64,000 nucleotides of DNA, from NCBI RefSeq assembly GCF_000189555.1, contig NC_017276.1. One strand, written 5' to 3'. The position numbers were made by a program, and so were the translations under genes. This stretch comes from Saccharolobus islandicus REY15A (GTDB lineage: Archaea > Thermoproteota > Thermoprotei_A > Sulfolobales > Sulfolobaceae). Under the pieces are notes generated by a model. The model did not search any database. It saw nothing but the letters and a program-made list of their open reading frames with translations, and was not told where the DNA came from. Below are positions 31,947 through 45,823 of the stretch, piece after piece. Position 1 is the stretch's first letter. Each line of letters opens with the position of its first letter.

Positions 31947-33186
31947 TTGAAAGGTCACTTACTCTTAATTTTCCACTAATTATTTTCCCATAATTTTCTA
32001 CATCCTTTGAAGAACTTACTAGATTTTTCAGAAGTTGTTTAATATTACCAGTAATCATGACTTCTTTCAATCCTGTCTTATTACCCTTTTCGTTTAACCA
32101 GCTCACATTTGCTATAAGGCTAAAATCACCAGAACTATAGTCAATTGTATTTACTCCTTCAAGTTGATCAACAACTACACTATTATCCTCTATATCTGAT
32201 TCAACGTTATTATGCCTTATAACTATATTACTAGAACCAATTGAAGGAGGGATTGTATAAGATGGTACTATTGAGTCTAATTGTCTTGATGCTGAACTAG
32301 TATTTTCAATTGTTAATTTTACTGACCAGTAGGAATTTGTTAATGGTGATCTAACTTGCCCTTTATCGGTAATATTGACCACTTTTGAAGGATTTCCTTC
32401 ATCATCAAAGGATCTACTAAAAGGCAGGGATGAATCTAAAGGGTCATCAATAATTTCTAAGCCTTCATTTATTATCTCTCCTAACTTAAATGGAGTAGTC
32501 CCCTTGTGGAAACTTCTTGCTGAAAATAGTTTTGGTAATGCCGTAGAAAGCAATTCGTTTAATGCTTTTTGAGTGAATACAACATCACGTTTTCCCTCAA
32601 GCCTCTCCCTGTTTTCCATTATTTTTATTTTTTCTAAGAGATTTTCCTTCAATTTATTGACAGGTATTTTATGATCCTTAGAGACAAGAATTTCATAAAC
32701 TTCTGGGGTGTTTTTACTAGCTACTGCTTGAACTAAATATACTCCTCGCTTCTCTCTAACCTCAACTCCCTCTGTATTGAATATAGAAACCTCATAATTT
32801 ATTGCAGAAGCTGAAATAGTAGTTAAGTTTACGTTTTCCTCCAGTTCTCTTAGGCTTATCATTACATCTTTTATAACATCAGGATTTACCTCGTAGTCAC
32901 TCATTTTGTTTATAGGTTGTTTCTGTGGCAATACATTCGCCTTATCTGGCTCTCCAAGTTTAGATATTTTTAACGCTTGCTCTAATGTATTTTCATCAAG
33001 CTTTTTCATATAAATATAACCCATTCTCGACTTATCGTCAATTACTCTTATTCCGTAACCAATTTTCTCAACGTTTTCCGGAACGTAGAATTTCTCTTTA
33101 GATATCGTATACTCCTTTAGCTTCAGAGAGAAAATTTCTAGGGAAATTCCCATCAATTTCGCCCGTGAAATTAGCTTATCGTACAT
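31933..33186 (-). CDS. tldE: TldE/PmbA-family protein (last codons supplied by IS)
   Basis: SRSFDDEG, SSGDFS motifs, no HExxH; adjacent to tldD. Confidence 0.85.
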   Translation of the reverse strand: MYDKLISRAKLMGISLEIFSLKLKEYTISKEKFYVPENVEKIGYGIRVIDDKSRMGYIYMKKLDENTLEQALKISKLGEPDKANVLPQKQPINKMSDYEVNPDVIKDVMISLRELEENVNLTTISASAINYEVSIFNTEGVEVREKRGVYLVQAVASKNTPEVYEILVSKDHKIPVNKLKENLLEKIKIMENRERLEGKRDVVFTQKALNELLSTALPKLFSARSFHKGTTPFKLGEIINEGLEIIDDPLDSSLPFSRSFDDEGNPSKVVNITDKGQVRSPLTNSYWSVKLTIENTSSASRQLDSIVPSYTIPPSIGSSNIVIRHNNVESDIEDNSVVVDQLEGVNTIDYSSGDFSLIANVSWLNEKGNKTGLKEVMITGNIKQLLKNLVSSSKDVENYGKIISGKLRVSDLSRVRP

Positions 33187-34513
33187 ATCCCCCTACCTTC
33201 AAGCTCTTTATTCTTACGTGAGGACCCCCTTCACTAACATTGACTTCTTGTCCATTCTTTTCACAATATCCAGCTGACATTCCGAAATCCTTTGAAATCA
33301 TATCTATCATACTTAACGTAGTTAACGTATTTCCAGAAAACCCTATGTTTCTTATCGGTTCTTTAATTTCCCCATTCTCTATTCTATAACCTTCTTGTAT
33401 TGCAAATTGAAATGTTCCATCGCTACTAGTCTCTCCACCAATTGCTGATCCCAAATAATAACCTTCCTTAATTCCTTCAAATAACTCACTTAACGTATTG
33501 TTACCGGGCTTCATGTAAACGTTCCTCATCCTAGGTAGTGGAAAATCGTTATAGCTTTGGGTTCTTCCATTTCCCGTTGGGGGTTCCCCTAAATAGGCTG
33601 AATAATATCTATTAGTCATGAATTCCTTTAAAACACCTTTCTCTATAATTTTAACTTCTCTTCCCTCAACTCCCTCATCATCATAATACACTATTGTAGA
33701 GTTTGGATTATCAATACTAGGCACATCTGAAATGTTTAGGAAATCCTCACCTATTTTCTTTCCTCTTAATTCATATAGTATTCCACTTATTGCGACATCT
33801 GCCTCACTTAAATGTCCTATAGCCTCATGTAAAAATACTCCAACCACTTCTGGGGCTAAAACAACTGGATATTCTCCCGCTTTAGGAGTTTTTCCCCTTA
33901 GTTGATTTTCAATTCTACGTGAAAGCTTCTCAAGCACTTCGTTTATATCAAATACGTCAACTACATATCCCATGTGAGTTGTTAAGTTCTCAGCAGTCTC
34001 GACTATTGTGTCACCCTCTCTAGCAATAACATATATGTTTAGGCTAGAAATGTTTTCATCTAATATTATTTCCCTATCCTCAGAACTATAATACTCCTTG
34101 TGGATGGTCTCGTCATAATAGTTTAAATTATATGACCTTATGCTAGGGTGAAGGTTAGCTATTTGTTTTGCGATCTTATTTAAGTCTTCACTCATTTCCT
34201 CTTTTGATTTATTTACCTCCTTTCCAATCTTAATAGTATCATGTTTTGAAGGTAAATACACTATGTTAACTCTTTCATCGCCAAAAGCTGAATTTACTGC
34301 TTCTTCTATTGTACTGTTATCAATTCTATCACTTACCTTAAACCCCCAATTTCTATTGTATAATATTCTAATTGAATAACCCTCGTCATTACCAGAAGTT
34401 ACATATTTTCTATCATCTGTAATTGTAAATTCATTACTTGCTGTTTTTTCATATCTAATATCAACAAATGAAGCTCCTAGCTCCTCTCCCCTTTTAATGT
34501 ACTTAAACATCAT
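33176..34513 (-). CDS. tldD: TldD metalloprotease
   Basis: HEAIGHLSEAD, YDDEG, TGNGR, PRMRN, YCEKNGQ. Confidence 0.92.
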   Translation of the reverse strand: MMFKYIKRGEELGASFVDIRYEKTASNEFTITDDRKYVTSGNDEGYSIRILYNRNWGFKVSDRIDNSTIEEAVNSAFGDERVNIVYLPSKHDTIKIGKEVNKSKEEMSEDLNKIAKQIANLHPSIRSYNLNYYDETIHKEYYSSEDREIILDENISSLNIYVIAREGDTIVETAENLTTHMGYVVDVFDINEVLEKLSRRIENQLRGKTPKAGEYPVVLAPEVVGVFLHEAIGHLSEADVAISGILYELRGKKIGEDFLNISDVPSIDNPNSTIVYYDDEGVEGREVKIIEKGVLKEFMTNRYYSAYLGEPPTGNGRTQSYNDFPLPRMRNVYMKPGNNTLSELFEGIKEGYYLGSAIGGETSSDGTFQFAIQEGYRIENGEIKEPIRNIGFSGNTLTTLSMIDMISKDFGMSAGYCEKNGQEVNVSEGGPHVRIKSLKVGGYVR

Positions 34514-34546
34514 TACTTTAATACTTTATTTAGATATATAACATCG

Positions 34547-34948
34547 ATGAGTGCTGAAAAGATAAGTATTTCCTTACCAAAGGAACTTTATAGGGAACTA
34601 GAGGACTTCATTACCCGAAAAGGTATACCAGATAGATCTAAAATATTTCAGATAGCTTTGAGAAATTACCTAGATGAGAATAGGGAAGGCACTGAGATAA
34701 TTTATGGTATTATAAATCTGGTATACGATCATGAGGAAGCCTCTGAAGCCTTAACCGAAATTCAACATGAGTACAAGGATAATATAATTTCCACATTACA
34801 TTTGCACGTTAATGAAAGGTTATGTATAGAAGCCATAGCTGTAAAGGGAGAGAAAAGTAAGCTTGTTGAGTTAAACAATAGGTTAGGTCAAATTAGGGGA
34901 ATTCTTAAAGCCAGGCTACTAATATCTTTTCCTTATGAAAAGACTTAG
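34547..34948 (+). CDS. nikR: NikR-family regulator
   Basis: N-terminal RHH, YDHE, STLHLH, CIE. Confidence 0.85.
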   Translation: MSAEKISISLPKELYRELEDFITRKGIPDRSKIFQIALRNYLDENREGTEIIYGIINLVYDHEEASEALTEIQHEYKDNIISTLHLHVNERLCIEAIAVKGEKSKLVELNNRLGQIRGILKARLLISFPYEKT

Positions 34949-35609
34949 TATTTCGGATGATGTCATAAAGTTAGGGGTTTTTGTTGCAATGGCAGAAGTG
35001 AGTAATGTAGACGCTAGAGTCTCTCAACAAGCCTTGGATGATATGATTAAAAACGTTGAAGAAAAGTATCGTTCTCAAGACCCAGAGTATTTAAAAAATG
35101 ATTCCGTAGTTAGGGCTTACAGGGATTTTTATTGGAGGATAGGAATAGATCCAACTAAAACTAGGCCAAGTGGCGAGGCTCTTAGAAGGAGATTAGCCAG
35201 GGGGAATAGATTTCCTAGAATTAATATAGTTGTTGATATAGGTAATATAGTGAGTGTTGAAACTTTAGTTCCCATAGGTTTATATGATAGGGAAAAAGTA
35301 ATGGGTGATTTACATTTAGTAATGTCTAAAGGTAGTGAGGAGTTTTTAGGTTTAGGTAAAAAAACGGAAAAGTTAGATAAGGGAATACCAATACTAGTTG
35401 ATGATGAAGGTAAGGTTCTTCACATATATCCCCATAGGGACTCGATCTTGACTAGTATAACTCCAGATGTTAAAAACGTTATTATAGTTGGTGCTGGAGT
35501 TCCCAATATCGATGAAAATCTAGTCAAATATGCAGTAGATCGCGTAGCAGATTTATTAGAAAAGATATGTAAAGGAAAGAGAGAGTATGATACTGTGGTG
35601 ATTAAATGA
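34935..35609 (+). CDS. B3/B4 tRNA-binding domain protein
   Basis: YRDFYWRIGIDPTKTRPSGEAL, PIGLYD. Confidence 0.88.
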   Translation: MKRLSISDDVIKLGVFVAMAEVSNVDARVSQQALDDMIKNVEEKYRSQDPEYLKNDSVVRAYRDFYWRIGIDPTKTRPSGEALRRRLARGNRFPRINIVVDIGNIVSVETLVPIGLYDREKVMGDLHLVMSKGSEEFLGLGKKTEKLDKGIPILVDDEGKVLHIYPHRDSILTSITPDVKNVIIVGAGVPNIDENLVKYAVDRVADLLEKICKGKREYDTVVIK

Positions 35610-36550
35610 AGTTACTTTTAATCGGATATGGAAATGTTGGAAAGGCATTTAGAAGACTGCTACATGAAAAGAGAGATAGTTATCCAATATTGCAAAATGT
35701 TGAGATAGCAGGGATGCTAACTAGGCAGGGATTAATGGTTGGGGATAAGGAGAATTTCTCTCCAGATAAGCAAATAACTGTATTAGAAGCAATTGATTTC
35801 ATAAACCCAGATGTTATTGTTGATATGTCTGCACCTAATTATAAAGATGGTGAGCCGTCCGTTAGCGCTTACATAAAGGCATTGTCAAGAAAAATTCACG
35901 TGATAACAGTAAATAAAGCACCATTAGCACTAAAGTTTAGGGAAATATTTGAAGTTGCTGAGAGAACTGGTGCTAAAATTGGATTCCAAGGAACTGTGAT
36001 GAGTGGTACTCCTTCCATAAATCTCTTTAGGATTCAACCAGTAGCTGAGGTCTCTAGGATTAGGGGTATCCTTAATGGTACCACAAACTATATTTTGACT
36101 AGGATTTATGAAGGGTTAAGTTTTAATGAAGCCTTGAAAGAGGCTAAAGAAAAAGGTTATGCAGAGGAAGACCCAACTTTAGATCTTAATGGGTTTGATG
36201 CTGCAGCTAAACTGACAATTTTATCAAATTTTATTATGAACAGAAGCATAAGACTAGGTGACTTCAAGTTCAAGGGAATAACTGAGATTAGTAATGAAGA
36301 GATTAGAAGAGCTAAAAGTGAAGGTAAGAAAATAAAATTAATAGCCTATGCGGATAACTATATAATACAAGTATCTCCTCAAATTATAGGTCCACAAGAT
36401 CCATTATATTATATAGACGGAGTTGAAAATGCTCTAGAAATTCAAAATGAAATACAGAGGATAATTATTAGAGGTCCAGGGGCAGGTCCAACAAATGCTG
36501 CATATGGTGCTCTTACAGATTTGGTGTTATTATTGGAAGGATGTTTATGA
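35606..36550 (+). CDS. hom: Homoserine dehydrogenase
   Basis: GYGNVG, GILNGTTNY, EEDPTLDLNGFDAAAK, GPGAG. Confidence 0.94.
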   Translation: MKLLLIGYGNVGKAFRRLLHEKRDSYPILQNVEIAGMLTRQGLMVGDKENFSPDKQITVLEAIDFINPDVIVDMSAPNYKDGEPSVSAYIKALSRKIHVITVNKAPLALKFREIFEVAERTGAKIGFQGTVMSGTPSINLFRIQPVAEVSRIRGILNGTTNYILTRIYEGLSFNEALKEAKEKGYAEEDPTLDLNGFDAAAKLTILSNFIMNRSIRLGDFKFKGITEISNEEIRRAKSEGKKIKLIAYADNYIIQVSPQIIGPQDPLYYIDGVENALEIQNEIQRIIIRGPGAGPTNAAYGALTDLVLLLEGCL

Positions 36551-36582
36551 CAATTTTTTTATTCTTATAATACAATTGTAAC

Positions 36583-37443
36583 TTGATGAGTTTACAGCAG
36601 AAAATAAAGGCTTATTTAAAGTTGGGTAAACTTGGGGTAGTAAGCTTACTTGATTTAGCAGCAGTTGCTGGGGCTTTTTTAGCTTACAAACATGGCATTT
36701 CACTTTTACCAATAATTCCTATGTTCATTGGAGGTACTTTAGCGTCGATGGGAGCTATGATAATTAATAGTGGGATTGAAATAGATAGAGATAAAGTAAT
36801 GTCTAGAACGTCAAAGAGACCTACAGTAGTTGGCTATGTCAATAGGAAGGAAGTTATAATAGTTGGTTCACTTCTAGCAATTTTAGGTACGGCATTAGGT
36901 TTTATAGACAATATTTTGACTGCTTTCTTTATAGCATTAGGTGTAGTAATATATATATTCGTATATACAATCTTATTGAAACCTAGGACTTGGCTAAATA
37001 TAGTGATAGGTGGATTTGCTGGCAGCGCTGCAGCTTGGGCTGGTTACACGTCCTTAACAAATTCTTTAACTTTAGAAGGATTTCTTTTAGGTTTTCTAAT
37101 ATTTATGTGGACTCCTGGCCATTTCTGGTCGTTGGCATTGAAGTATAGAGAAGATTATGTTAACGCGCATTATCCCATGCTGCCTGCTGTGGTTGGAATA
37201 ACAACTTCTGCAAGGGCAATAGCAATTTCTAATGCCTTAATGATTCCCATTGTACTTTTGCTAGGATACTATATTAATCTAATAGCGCTTATAGCATTTT
37301 CCATTTTAAGTTTATTTCTAATGTTTCTTTCTTATAGGTTAATACTTAATCCAACTAAAGAAGAAGCAATTAAATCGTTTATATTTTCAAACATTTACCT
37401 AATGCTAATACTTTTAATTATGATAATAGTCAAACTAATATGA
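36583..37443 (+). CDS. cyoE: Protoheme IX farnesyltransferase
   Basis: [37 protein letters not shown]. Confidence 0.92.
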   Translation: MMSLQQKIKAYLKLGKLGVVSLLDLAAVAGAFLAYKHGISLLPIIPMFIGGTLASMGAMIINSGIEIDRDKVMSRTSKRPTVVGYVNRKEVIIVGSLLAILGTALGFIDNILTAFFIALGVVIYIFVYTILLKPRTWLNIVIGGFAGSAAAWAGYTSLTNSLTLEGFLLGFLIFMWTPGHFWSLALKYREDYVNAHYPMLPAVVGITTSARAIAISNALMIPIVLLLGYYINLIALIAFSILSLFLMFLSYRLILNPTKEEAIKSFIFSNIYLMLILLIMIIVKLI

Positions 37444-37986
37444 AATATCTATTACCATGTCAGCTATTTTCTTAGATGAGATTACAATTCTAATATCAAT
37501 ATCCCCACATTTTCTCCTTATTACTAACTTGTCCTCATTTTGATAAGACACTTTTAACCCAGAGCAGTTTGTCACTGCGGATAATTTATAATGGTAATAG
37601 GGGTTTCTAATTTTACTCAGCGCTTTATTAAATACATAACTAAACAATTCATGTGGATCATGAGAAGTCATGTTAATTGGTATTTTAAATTTTATCTCAA
37701 TGTAATCCTCACTGTAATTGACTGAAATGTTATTCCTAGTTAAGAGAAATGAAATTGGCAACGGCAAAATTGCTGGAATTGCTATAAGATAATCCGCGTA
37801 TTTTGGAATTATGTTTATAAATAAGTAATAGGTGGTAGCTAAAGTGACTGGTAAGCCTATCATCACATATTTAATTACTTCCTTTAAGTCTCCATATCTT
37901 CTACTCATAATAAATGATGTAATGCTAGTTCCTATAATCGGTGGTATTGCTGATATTATTGATATTATTGTATCTCTTCTAGTCAC
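37435..37986 (-). CDS. Hypothetical membrane protein
   Basis: Three N-terminal TMs plus soluble C-terminal domain. Confidence 0.6.
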   Translation of the reverse strand: MTRRDTIISIISAIPPIIGTSITSFIMSRRYGDLKEVIKYVMIGLPVTLATTYYLFINIIPKYADYLIAIPAILPLPISFLLTRNNISVNYSEDYIEIKFKIPINMTSHDPHELFSYVFNKALSKIRNPYYHYKLSAVTNCSGLKVSYQNEDKLVIRRKCGDIDIRIVISSKKIADMVIDISY

Positions 37987-38046
37987 ATGTACTATTACTA
38001 CTTATAGCTTAAAAAGATAAATATTGCAATGCATCATATTCTTTGA

Positions 38047-39865
<1,819 letters not shown>

Positions 39866-39926
39866 ACGTTATACTATTTCTCTTCAGAGGTAAAAAATAT
39901 TTTGTATTAGATAGAGTATAATGTAA

Positions 39927-40379
39927 ATGATGAGTAGGGTTTTATTGTTCTACAAGAGGGGGATATTTAACGATGACCTAAAGAAATTTTTGAGGATTAA
40001 TAATATTAATGTGGTAGACGTTAGGATAGGGAAATATATCGAGGTAGATATAATAGATGATCCTAAAAAAGTCATATCCTTAATTGGCGAACCATTATTT
40101 ATGGTTATCGAGATCAATGGCACGTTTAAACAGTTATTTTACGACATGAGATTTTGGGAATGTCATGAGATTTTAGAGGAAAAATGGAGAAAAGCAGAAA
40201 ATAAATACGAGAAAAATTTTTTGCAATCAATAATTTTGCTTTGCGCCTCCTTAATTAAGTATCTAAAAGGTGAAGTTGACGTCTCTGACATGTTGATGGA
40301 AAAAGCTTTATCTCTTATATCCGATCTTCCTCAAGAACTCCTTCCTCTCTTGTATATCAGCCTCGGACTCAACACCTAA
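39927..40379 (+). CDS. DUF309-domain protein
   Basis: [12 protein letters not shown] motif. Confidence 0.75.
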   Translation: MMSRVLLFYKRGIFNDDLKKFLRINNINVVDVRIGKYIEVDIIDDPKKVISLIGEPLFMVIEINGTFKQLFYDMRFWECHEILEEKWRKAENKYEKNFLQSIILLCASLIKYLKGEVDVSDMLMEKALSLISDLPQELLPLLYISLGLNT

Positions 40380-40799
40380 GGGGGTGTATCCATCTACTAC
40401 ACCAATTATGCCTCTTCCTTGATCGGTTTCAGCTACTATAACTTGTAATGGATTAGCTGTAGCTGCGAATATTCTAACAACTTCCTCTACGTTTTTTATT
40501 CTATTTAGCACGTTAATGGGATACCCATTCTTTAGATAGATTACAAAAACGTGGCCTGCACCTATTTTCTTTACATTCTCAATTGCAAGCTTAATTAGCT
40601 CTTGATCATTTCCATCATATCTTACAAGTCTTTTACTGCTTGCTTCATTGAACGCTATACCAAACTTTAAATTAGGACTACTTGACGATAGGGTTTCATA
40701 TAAGTCTTCGACTGTTTTAATAAAGTGAGATTGGCCTATAATTACGTTAGTCCCTTCTGGTATATCTATTCTTACAACATCTATTTTTACGCTCATCAA
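40308..40799 (-). CDS. Adenosine-specific kinase family protein (DUF355)
   Basis: [31 protein letters not shown]. Confidence 0.85.
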   Translation of the reverse strand: MMSVKIDVVRIDIPEGTNVIIGQSHFIKTVEDLYETLSSSSPNLKFGIAFNEASSKRLVRYDGNDQELIKLAIENVKKIGAGHVFVIYLKNGYPINVLNRIKNVEEVVRIFAATANPLQVIVAETDQGRGIIGVVDGYTPLGVESEADIQERKEFLRKIGYKR

Positions 40800-40832
40800 T
40801 AATATAAAAGAAGGGAATTAAAATAAATTTTT

Positions 40833-40892
40833 TATCAGTGAAGGACCACTACATCATTCTTCTCAGTTGTACTCCCGTAATCCTCATCCACT
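40833..40892 (-). ncRNA. Candidate box C/D sRNA overlapping the stop codon of the upstream gene
   Basis: Minus strand: TGGATGA-17 nt-CTGA-GAAGA-ATGATGT-AGTGGTCCTTCA-CTGA, then a T-rich tract. Confidence 0.6.
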
Positions 40893-41294
40893 ATTTAAAT
40901 AGGCATACTTTATTATAACCTCTTCGTTTTGATTTAAGGTAATTATATAGGTTAAATGCAACTGCGTTACTAAGATCTTATACTGCCCTGCTGGTAAACT
41001 AAAAGATGCTATCCCTTGAGAGTTGGTGAAGTTATAAGTATAGAATGAATACGTAGTTCCATTATATTTATAAATCCAAATCACTGCATTGGGCAGAGGA
41101 GACTCTCCGCCAAATAGTCCATAATTCATTATCACGTTAACTTTCAATGTGTACGTTCCATCTGTCTGCTGACCGCCTATTACTATTGTATTAATTTCTG
41201 TTCTATATTTATGTCCCTCGTAAACTCCTATAGCCATTACTATTATTACCAATACTGCTAACGCTAAGAGAATCTGTCTATTCATCAAAAGCAC
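40884..41294 (-). CDS. Membrane-anchored/secreted protein with carboxypeptidase-regulatory-like beta domain
   Basis: N-terminal TM; PLPNA..TNSQGIASF.LPAGQYKI. Confidence 0.65.
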   Translation of the reverse strand: MLLMNRQILLALAVLVIIVMAIGVYEGHKYRTEINTIVIGGQQTDGTYTLKVNVIMNYGLFGGESPLPNAVIWIYKYNGTTYSFYTYNFTNSQGIASFSLPAGQYKILVTQLHLTYIITLNQNEEVIIKYAYLNSG

Positions 41295-41334
41295 TGCATT
41301 AATCTAATATAAAAGTTCAATCCTAATTTGGAAT

Positions 41335-41886
41335 GTGGCAAGTAAGTTATATGAAGCATTAAAATACGTGGTAAAATATGAATTAAAATCTTCAATTAGG
41401 CGCTACATAGTATTAGGTGCATTCGACGGTATTCTACTAAGCTTATCGATTTTGTTGGCTGGTGTGATCTCACACATTAACCTAACCAATATTTCCTTAT
41501 CGATATATAGTGGGATAATAGCTACTGCAATTTCATCAACATGGAATGCCCTAGTTGTAGAATTAGGGGAGAAAAAAACTGAATTGGAGAAAATAGAGAA
41601 GCAAGTTCTGAAGAGCCTAAAAGGTACTATATATGATTATAGCGCGAAGATAGCCGCAGTCTTAGCTGCTATTGCTCATGGCATTTCTCCATTTGTTGGA
41701 TTGTTAGTATTTTACTCTTATGTTTATTCTCATGATTCCATGCTATCTTTAAGTGTAGGAATGTTAAGTCTAGCAGTTTTGGGTTTGCTTTATGGTGAGG
41801 GAATTAAAGCAAAGATATACACAATGGTTCAGCTAATAGTGGCGGGAATTATTACTGCATTAATTACACTATTAGTTATAAAATAG
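41335..41886 (+). CDS. VIT1/CCC1-like membrane protein
   Basis: RYIVLGAFDGIL motif, several TMs. Confidence 0.7.
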   Translation: MASKLYEALKYVVKYELKSSIRRYIVLGAFDGILLSLSILLAGVISHINLTNISLSIYSGIIATAISSTWNALVVELGEKKTELEKIEKQVLKSLKGTIYDYSAKIAAVLAAIAHGISPFVGLLVFYSYVYSHDSMLSLSVGMLSLAVLGLLYGEGIKAKIYTMVQLIVAGIITALITLLVIK

Positions 41887-41988
41887 AAACATATTTCTAT
41901 CTATTATTGCCCTTTAAATCTTATAATTATTTTATAATGTCTATTTTATAATAGTCATCTTTTTAAGCAGTTTAAACATAATCATCAT

Positions 41989-42525
41989 ATGGAAGTTTTA
42001 AAAAGAGTTGACAAGCAAGATTTATTTAGAAAAGAAATAGAAGAATTAGCGAAGCAAATTGAACAAGATGATTTAAAAGTCATAACGTTTATGGAGTATA
42101 CAACTCCTCCAGAAAAGGTTAAACCAAAGCTAATAAAATTTGAGAAAGTGCTGCCTCTATTAGAGAGGATCGCAGAGTCAGGGAAGATACAAGAGGGTGT
42201 AGCCAAAATAATGTTCTTCTCTCCCTCTACCGGTAGAAACAAGGGACTGACACCTACAATGATGGCGGGGTTTCAATTAATTAAACCTGGAGTTTCAACT
42301 AAACCCCACTCTCATAATATGGCATCGATATATTTGGTATTTAAGGGTCAAGGATACTCAGTTATTGGAAATGATAAGATACAGTGGAACGCCGGTGACG
42401 TTTTCGTAGTACCTGCAAATGAAATTCACTACCATGTTAACACTGGAGATGAAGATTGTGTTCTATTTGACGTAACAGACTCTGGGTTGCTTGAGAGTTT
42501 AGGAATTTTAGAATTTAGGGAGTAA
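41989..42525 (+). CDS. Cupin-domain protein (gentisate dioxygenase-like half)
   Basis: PHSH...G.GYS..W..GDVFVVP...HYH. Confidence 0.8.
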   Translation: MEVLKRVDKQDLFRKEIEELAKQIEQDDLKVITFMEYTTPPEKVKPKLIKFEKVLPLLERIAESGKIQEGVAKIMFFSPSTGRNKGLTPTMMAGFQLIKPGVSTKPHSHNMASIYLVFKGQGYSVIGNDKIQWNAGDVFVVPANEIHYHVNTGDEDCVLFDVTDSGLLESLGILEFRE

Positions 42526-42529
42526 AGTG

Positions 42530-43334
42530 GAGTGTGGTTACAGTGTCGTCATTAAGCTACAAATTCTGAAATTAACTCTTTTCCCATAAGACTAGGGCTA
42601 TGGAGTACATCATGGTACTAATGCTCCCATTTACTGCCTTTGTAGCCCTCTTGAACCTAACCAGCCTATCCCTTAGTGAGGAATGCAGTGACTCATTAGG
42701 ATTAACGGGTGAGATAACCGTGTGGTCTTTCAACCAGAAGTACAAGTTATAATCATCGCTTGCCCACCTACCCTCATCTGACACACACTTTTTGACTCCA
42801 CGGAAAGTATTCTCATCCCTATCATTCACAGAGTAGACGAGATAAACTCCCAACCTCGTGTACACATAACAAGTAAAAATCCATTTATAGAATGCCCTAG
42901 TGTTCTTGTACAAGTAAGTCCACATCTCATCCACAACCTTAGTAACAACACTACCCTTGACCAGATCTTTAGCCTTCCCCCACAAGCTTCTCGTACTTCT
43001 GCCTACCATAACGCTTAATCCAAGTGAACACAGTACCTAGAGGTACATTAAGCACCTTGGATATGGCCCTCATACTCATACCATTAGCATACATTTTTAA
43101 AGCCTCCTCCCTCAACTTCCTAGAATGGTGATGGTAAGTAGCATCACCCAAGAAGTACTTACCACAATCCCTACACAAATACCTCTGCCTACCCAAAGGC
43201 CTACCGCACTTAACAACATGATGAGAACCACAAGAGGGGCAAGAAACGTCTTGCCTAACTACAGCCTTCCTACCCATAAGTAATACTCGTTATATAAATA
43301 TAAATAGCTTAATGGCGACACTATCTCCAGACTC
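42530..43334 (-). mobile_element. IS1-family element (ISC796-like), copy 2, frameshifted transposase
   Basis: 30-bp imperfect IRs; perfect 8-bp TSD GTAAAGTG (42522-42529 and 43335-43342); ORFs 42969..43277 and 42572..43009. Confidence 0.93.
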
Positions 43335-43363
43335 GTAAAGTGAAGAAAAAGTATTAATTGTGA

Positions 43364-44332
43364 TTACCTTTTTTCCCCAAATACTGCTTTATATACTCTT
43401 ACTAAGGTCTCATCTCTCCATCTCGATAAATCTTGAAAATTCTTTCCTTTTATAAATTCATATTCTTTCATTTGATCCACAATTTTCTTAACTGCAGTAT
43501 AAGGGAACTTGTCCCACTTTGCTAGAGTATACATCCACTCATTTGCACCATATCCGAATCCTTTACTAAAGAAGTATTCAATCCCTCCTTCTCCTCCGCC
43601 TAAATGATAAGTTAAGAATGGTCCCATAAATGCCCATCTTAGACCTATGGCAGCCGTCATTACTTTATCTATATCTTCGACTGTAGCAACTCCTTCATCA
43701 ATTAAATTTACTGCTTCTCTAAATAAGGCAAAGGCCAATCTATTTCCTATAAATCCTGGAACTTCCTTCTTTAGTACAACTACTACCCTATCTAATTTTT
43801 CCATGAAGTCTTTGGTAACATCTAATGTATACTTTGATGTTTTATCGCCCGGTACTATCTCAACTAAGGGTAACAGATGTGGAGGATTCCATGGATGAGC
43901 GATCACTCCTCTATCTGGATATCTCGTCATGGCTTTTTGTATTTCCGTCATTAATAAACCAGAAGTACTACTTGCAATTATTATGTCTCGAGGTAATTGA
44001 CTGTCAAGATAATTGAATAGATTCTTCTTAGCACTATAATCCTCAATTATAGCTTCTATTACAAATTCAACATTTTGAATCGCCTCATCAATTTTCGTAG
44101 TTCCAGTTAGATTTCTTTGATAGTCTATTGGTTCTTCATCTATCATTCTAAGATTTTTCAAGTTAACTAAATAGGCTGATACTTTGGCTAAACCCTTTTC
44201 TAAGGTCTCCTTCTTTTCTGTATACAAATTTACTTTATAACCTTTGGTTAGTAAAAGGGTTGTCCAACCTACGCCTATTATACCTGCTCCTACTACGGCC
44301 ACCTTATTAATGGATTTCATATGTATAAACAT
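43364..44332 (-). CDS. 3-hydroxyacyl-CoA dehydrogenase family protein
   Basis: [36 protein letters not shown]. Confidence 0.9.
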   Translation of the reverse strand: MFIHMKSINKVAVVGAGIIGVGWTTLLLTKGYKVNLYTEKKETLEKGLAKVSAYLVNLKNLRMIDEEPIDYQRNLTGTTKIDEAIQNVEFVIEAIIEDYSAKKNLFNYLDSQLPRDIIIASSTSGLLMTEIQKAMTRYPDRGVIAHPWNPPHLLPLVEIVPGDKTSKYTLDVTKDFMEKLDRVVVVLKKEVPGFIGNRLAFALFREAVNLIDEGVATVEDIDKVMTAAIGLRWAFMGPFLTYHLGGGEGGIEYFFSKGFGYGANEWMYTLAKWDKFPYTAVKKIVDQMKEYEFIKGKNFQDLSRWRDETLVRVYKAVFGEKR

Positions 44333-44361
44333 GTTTAAGAAGTATAAGTAAGTTTCTCCTA

Positions 44362-44994
44362 ATGGATAGAGTTAAAAGTGAGAATATGATTGAAGTTATT
44401 ATGCTTGTTCAGAAAATTAAAGGTTATCTTGATTCAATTAGTCACACGCTTCAAGAAAGATTTGAGAATAGAGAAAGAGTATTGCTATTGGCTAGAGAAT
44501 TAATAAGATATTGTGGCGATACAATCTCACTATCTCATAAGGGTAAAAAGGAAGAGGCATTAAGAAAGTATCAAGTTGCAATCTCTAAGGCATCTGAAAT
44601 TCAAAAGATTATAGATAACTTTCCTGAACTATTATATGGTGACATAGGTACTGCATATCAAGAACTTGCTGAGGCTTCCATAGTGATCTCCTTGTATTTT
44701 GATGTAGACTTAAAACTTTCTAAAGAACTCGGTATTCCAGACATATATTATATAAGTGGAATAGCAGATGCGATAGGTGAGATGAGAAGAAGAGTATTAG
44801 AATTGCTCAAGAAAAATGAAATAGGTGAAGCTGAAAAAACATATGAGATGATGGAAGAGTTATACGAATTACTATGGAGTTTCGAGTATCCTAAATCCCT
44901 AGTCCCTGGACTAAGACAAAAGATTGATGTTATAAGAAGACTATTAGAGGAGACTAATCACGATATTTTTCTCGCTAAACTCGGTAGGTCCTAA
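44362..44994 (+). CDS. Translin-family protein
   Basis: All-helical; QELAEA and [14 protein letters not shown] motifs. Confidence 0.8.
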   Translation: MDRVKSENMIEVIMLVQKIKGYLDSISHTLQERFENRERVLLLARELIRYCGDTISLSHKGKKEEALRKYQVAISKASEIQKIIDNFPELLYGDIGTAYQELAEASIVISLYFDVDLKLSKELGIPDIYYISGIADAIGEMRRRVLELLKKNEIGEAEKTYEMMEELYELLWSFEYPKSLVPGLRQKIDVIRRLLEETNHDIFLAKLGRS

Positions 44995-45823
44995 TAACAT
45001 GATCTACTAACTTTTCGGCAACATTGATACCAGTTGCTAACATAAATCCTTTGAATTCTGGAACGTCATTTAGCTCGTTTATAACATATCCCTTCGATTT
45101 GTGCTCTAATATATCTATGGACACGAATTCACCTTTTACTAACTTTACAGACTTTACAGCCAATTCTCTTATCTTATCATCTAATTGAATAGGTGTAGGA
45201 TTTCCTCCTAATGCAACATTAGCTCTCCACTCGTTAGGCGGAATATTTCTTGCATAGCATCCTAATAGCTCATCTCCTATTACTATACATCGTATATCTC
45301 TTTCTTTGTATTTGATATATTCTTGAATTATGTGTACTTTCAGCGCTGAATTGTTAAGCATTTCTCTATGCTCTATAATTGTTTTTCCTTCATAAACATC
45401 TCTTATTAAAGATACCATTCTCCCCCAACTCCCAATAGGTGGTTTATCTATTACTGGGAATCCCATCTGTTCATATGCTTTCATAGCTGCATCTGGAGAC
45501 GCTGCTATAATTGAGTCCGGTATTGGAATCCCATTCCTAAATAGTTTGGAGTATGTTAGTATCTTATCTCCGCAAGTGCTGATGGCGTCTGTTGAATTTA
45601 TCGTATGCACACCAGCGGCCTCTAGGATCGCAGATGAATAAAGAGCCCTATACATGCTCACTGGTCTAATTATTCCAACATCATACTTGCTAAGTGCTTT
45701 ATTAAACGGAATAGGTTCTTGACCTACATTAATTACGTCATAGTCTATTTGCCTTTCATTTAATGCCTTTATTATTAACTTCTCCTCTTGTCTTATTATA
45801 TCTACTACTAAGGCTACCTTCAA
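44975..45823 (-). CDS. argX: LysW-glutamate ligase ArgX (RimK/LysX ATP-grasp)
   Basis: [26 protein letters not shown]; last gene of arg operon. Confidence 0.85.
   Translation of the reverse strand: MKVALVVDIIRQEEKLIIKALNERQIDYDVINVGQEPIPFNKALSKYDVGIIRPVSMYRALYSSAILEAAGVHTINSTDAISTCGDKILTYSKLFRNGIPIPDSIIAASPDAAMKAYEQMGFPVIDKPPIGSWGRMVSLIRDVYEGKTIIEHREMLNNSALKVHIIQEYIKYKERDIRCIVIGDELLGCYARNIPPNEWRANVALGGNPTPIQLDDKIRELAVKSVKLVKGEFVSIDILEHKSKGYVINELNDVPEFKGFMLATGINVAEKLVDHVIRTYRV

Noticed and set aside
40308-40379. 72-bp convergent overlap between DUF309 and DUF355 genes
   Set aside because: Convergent 3' overlaps are common throughout this compact genome
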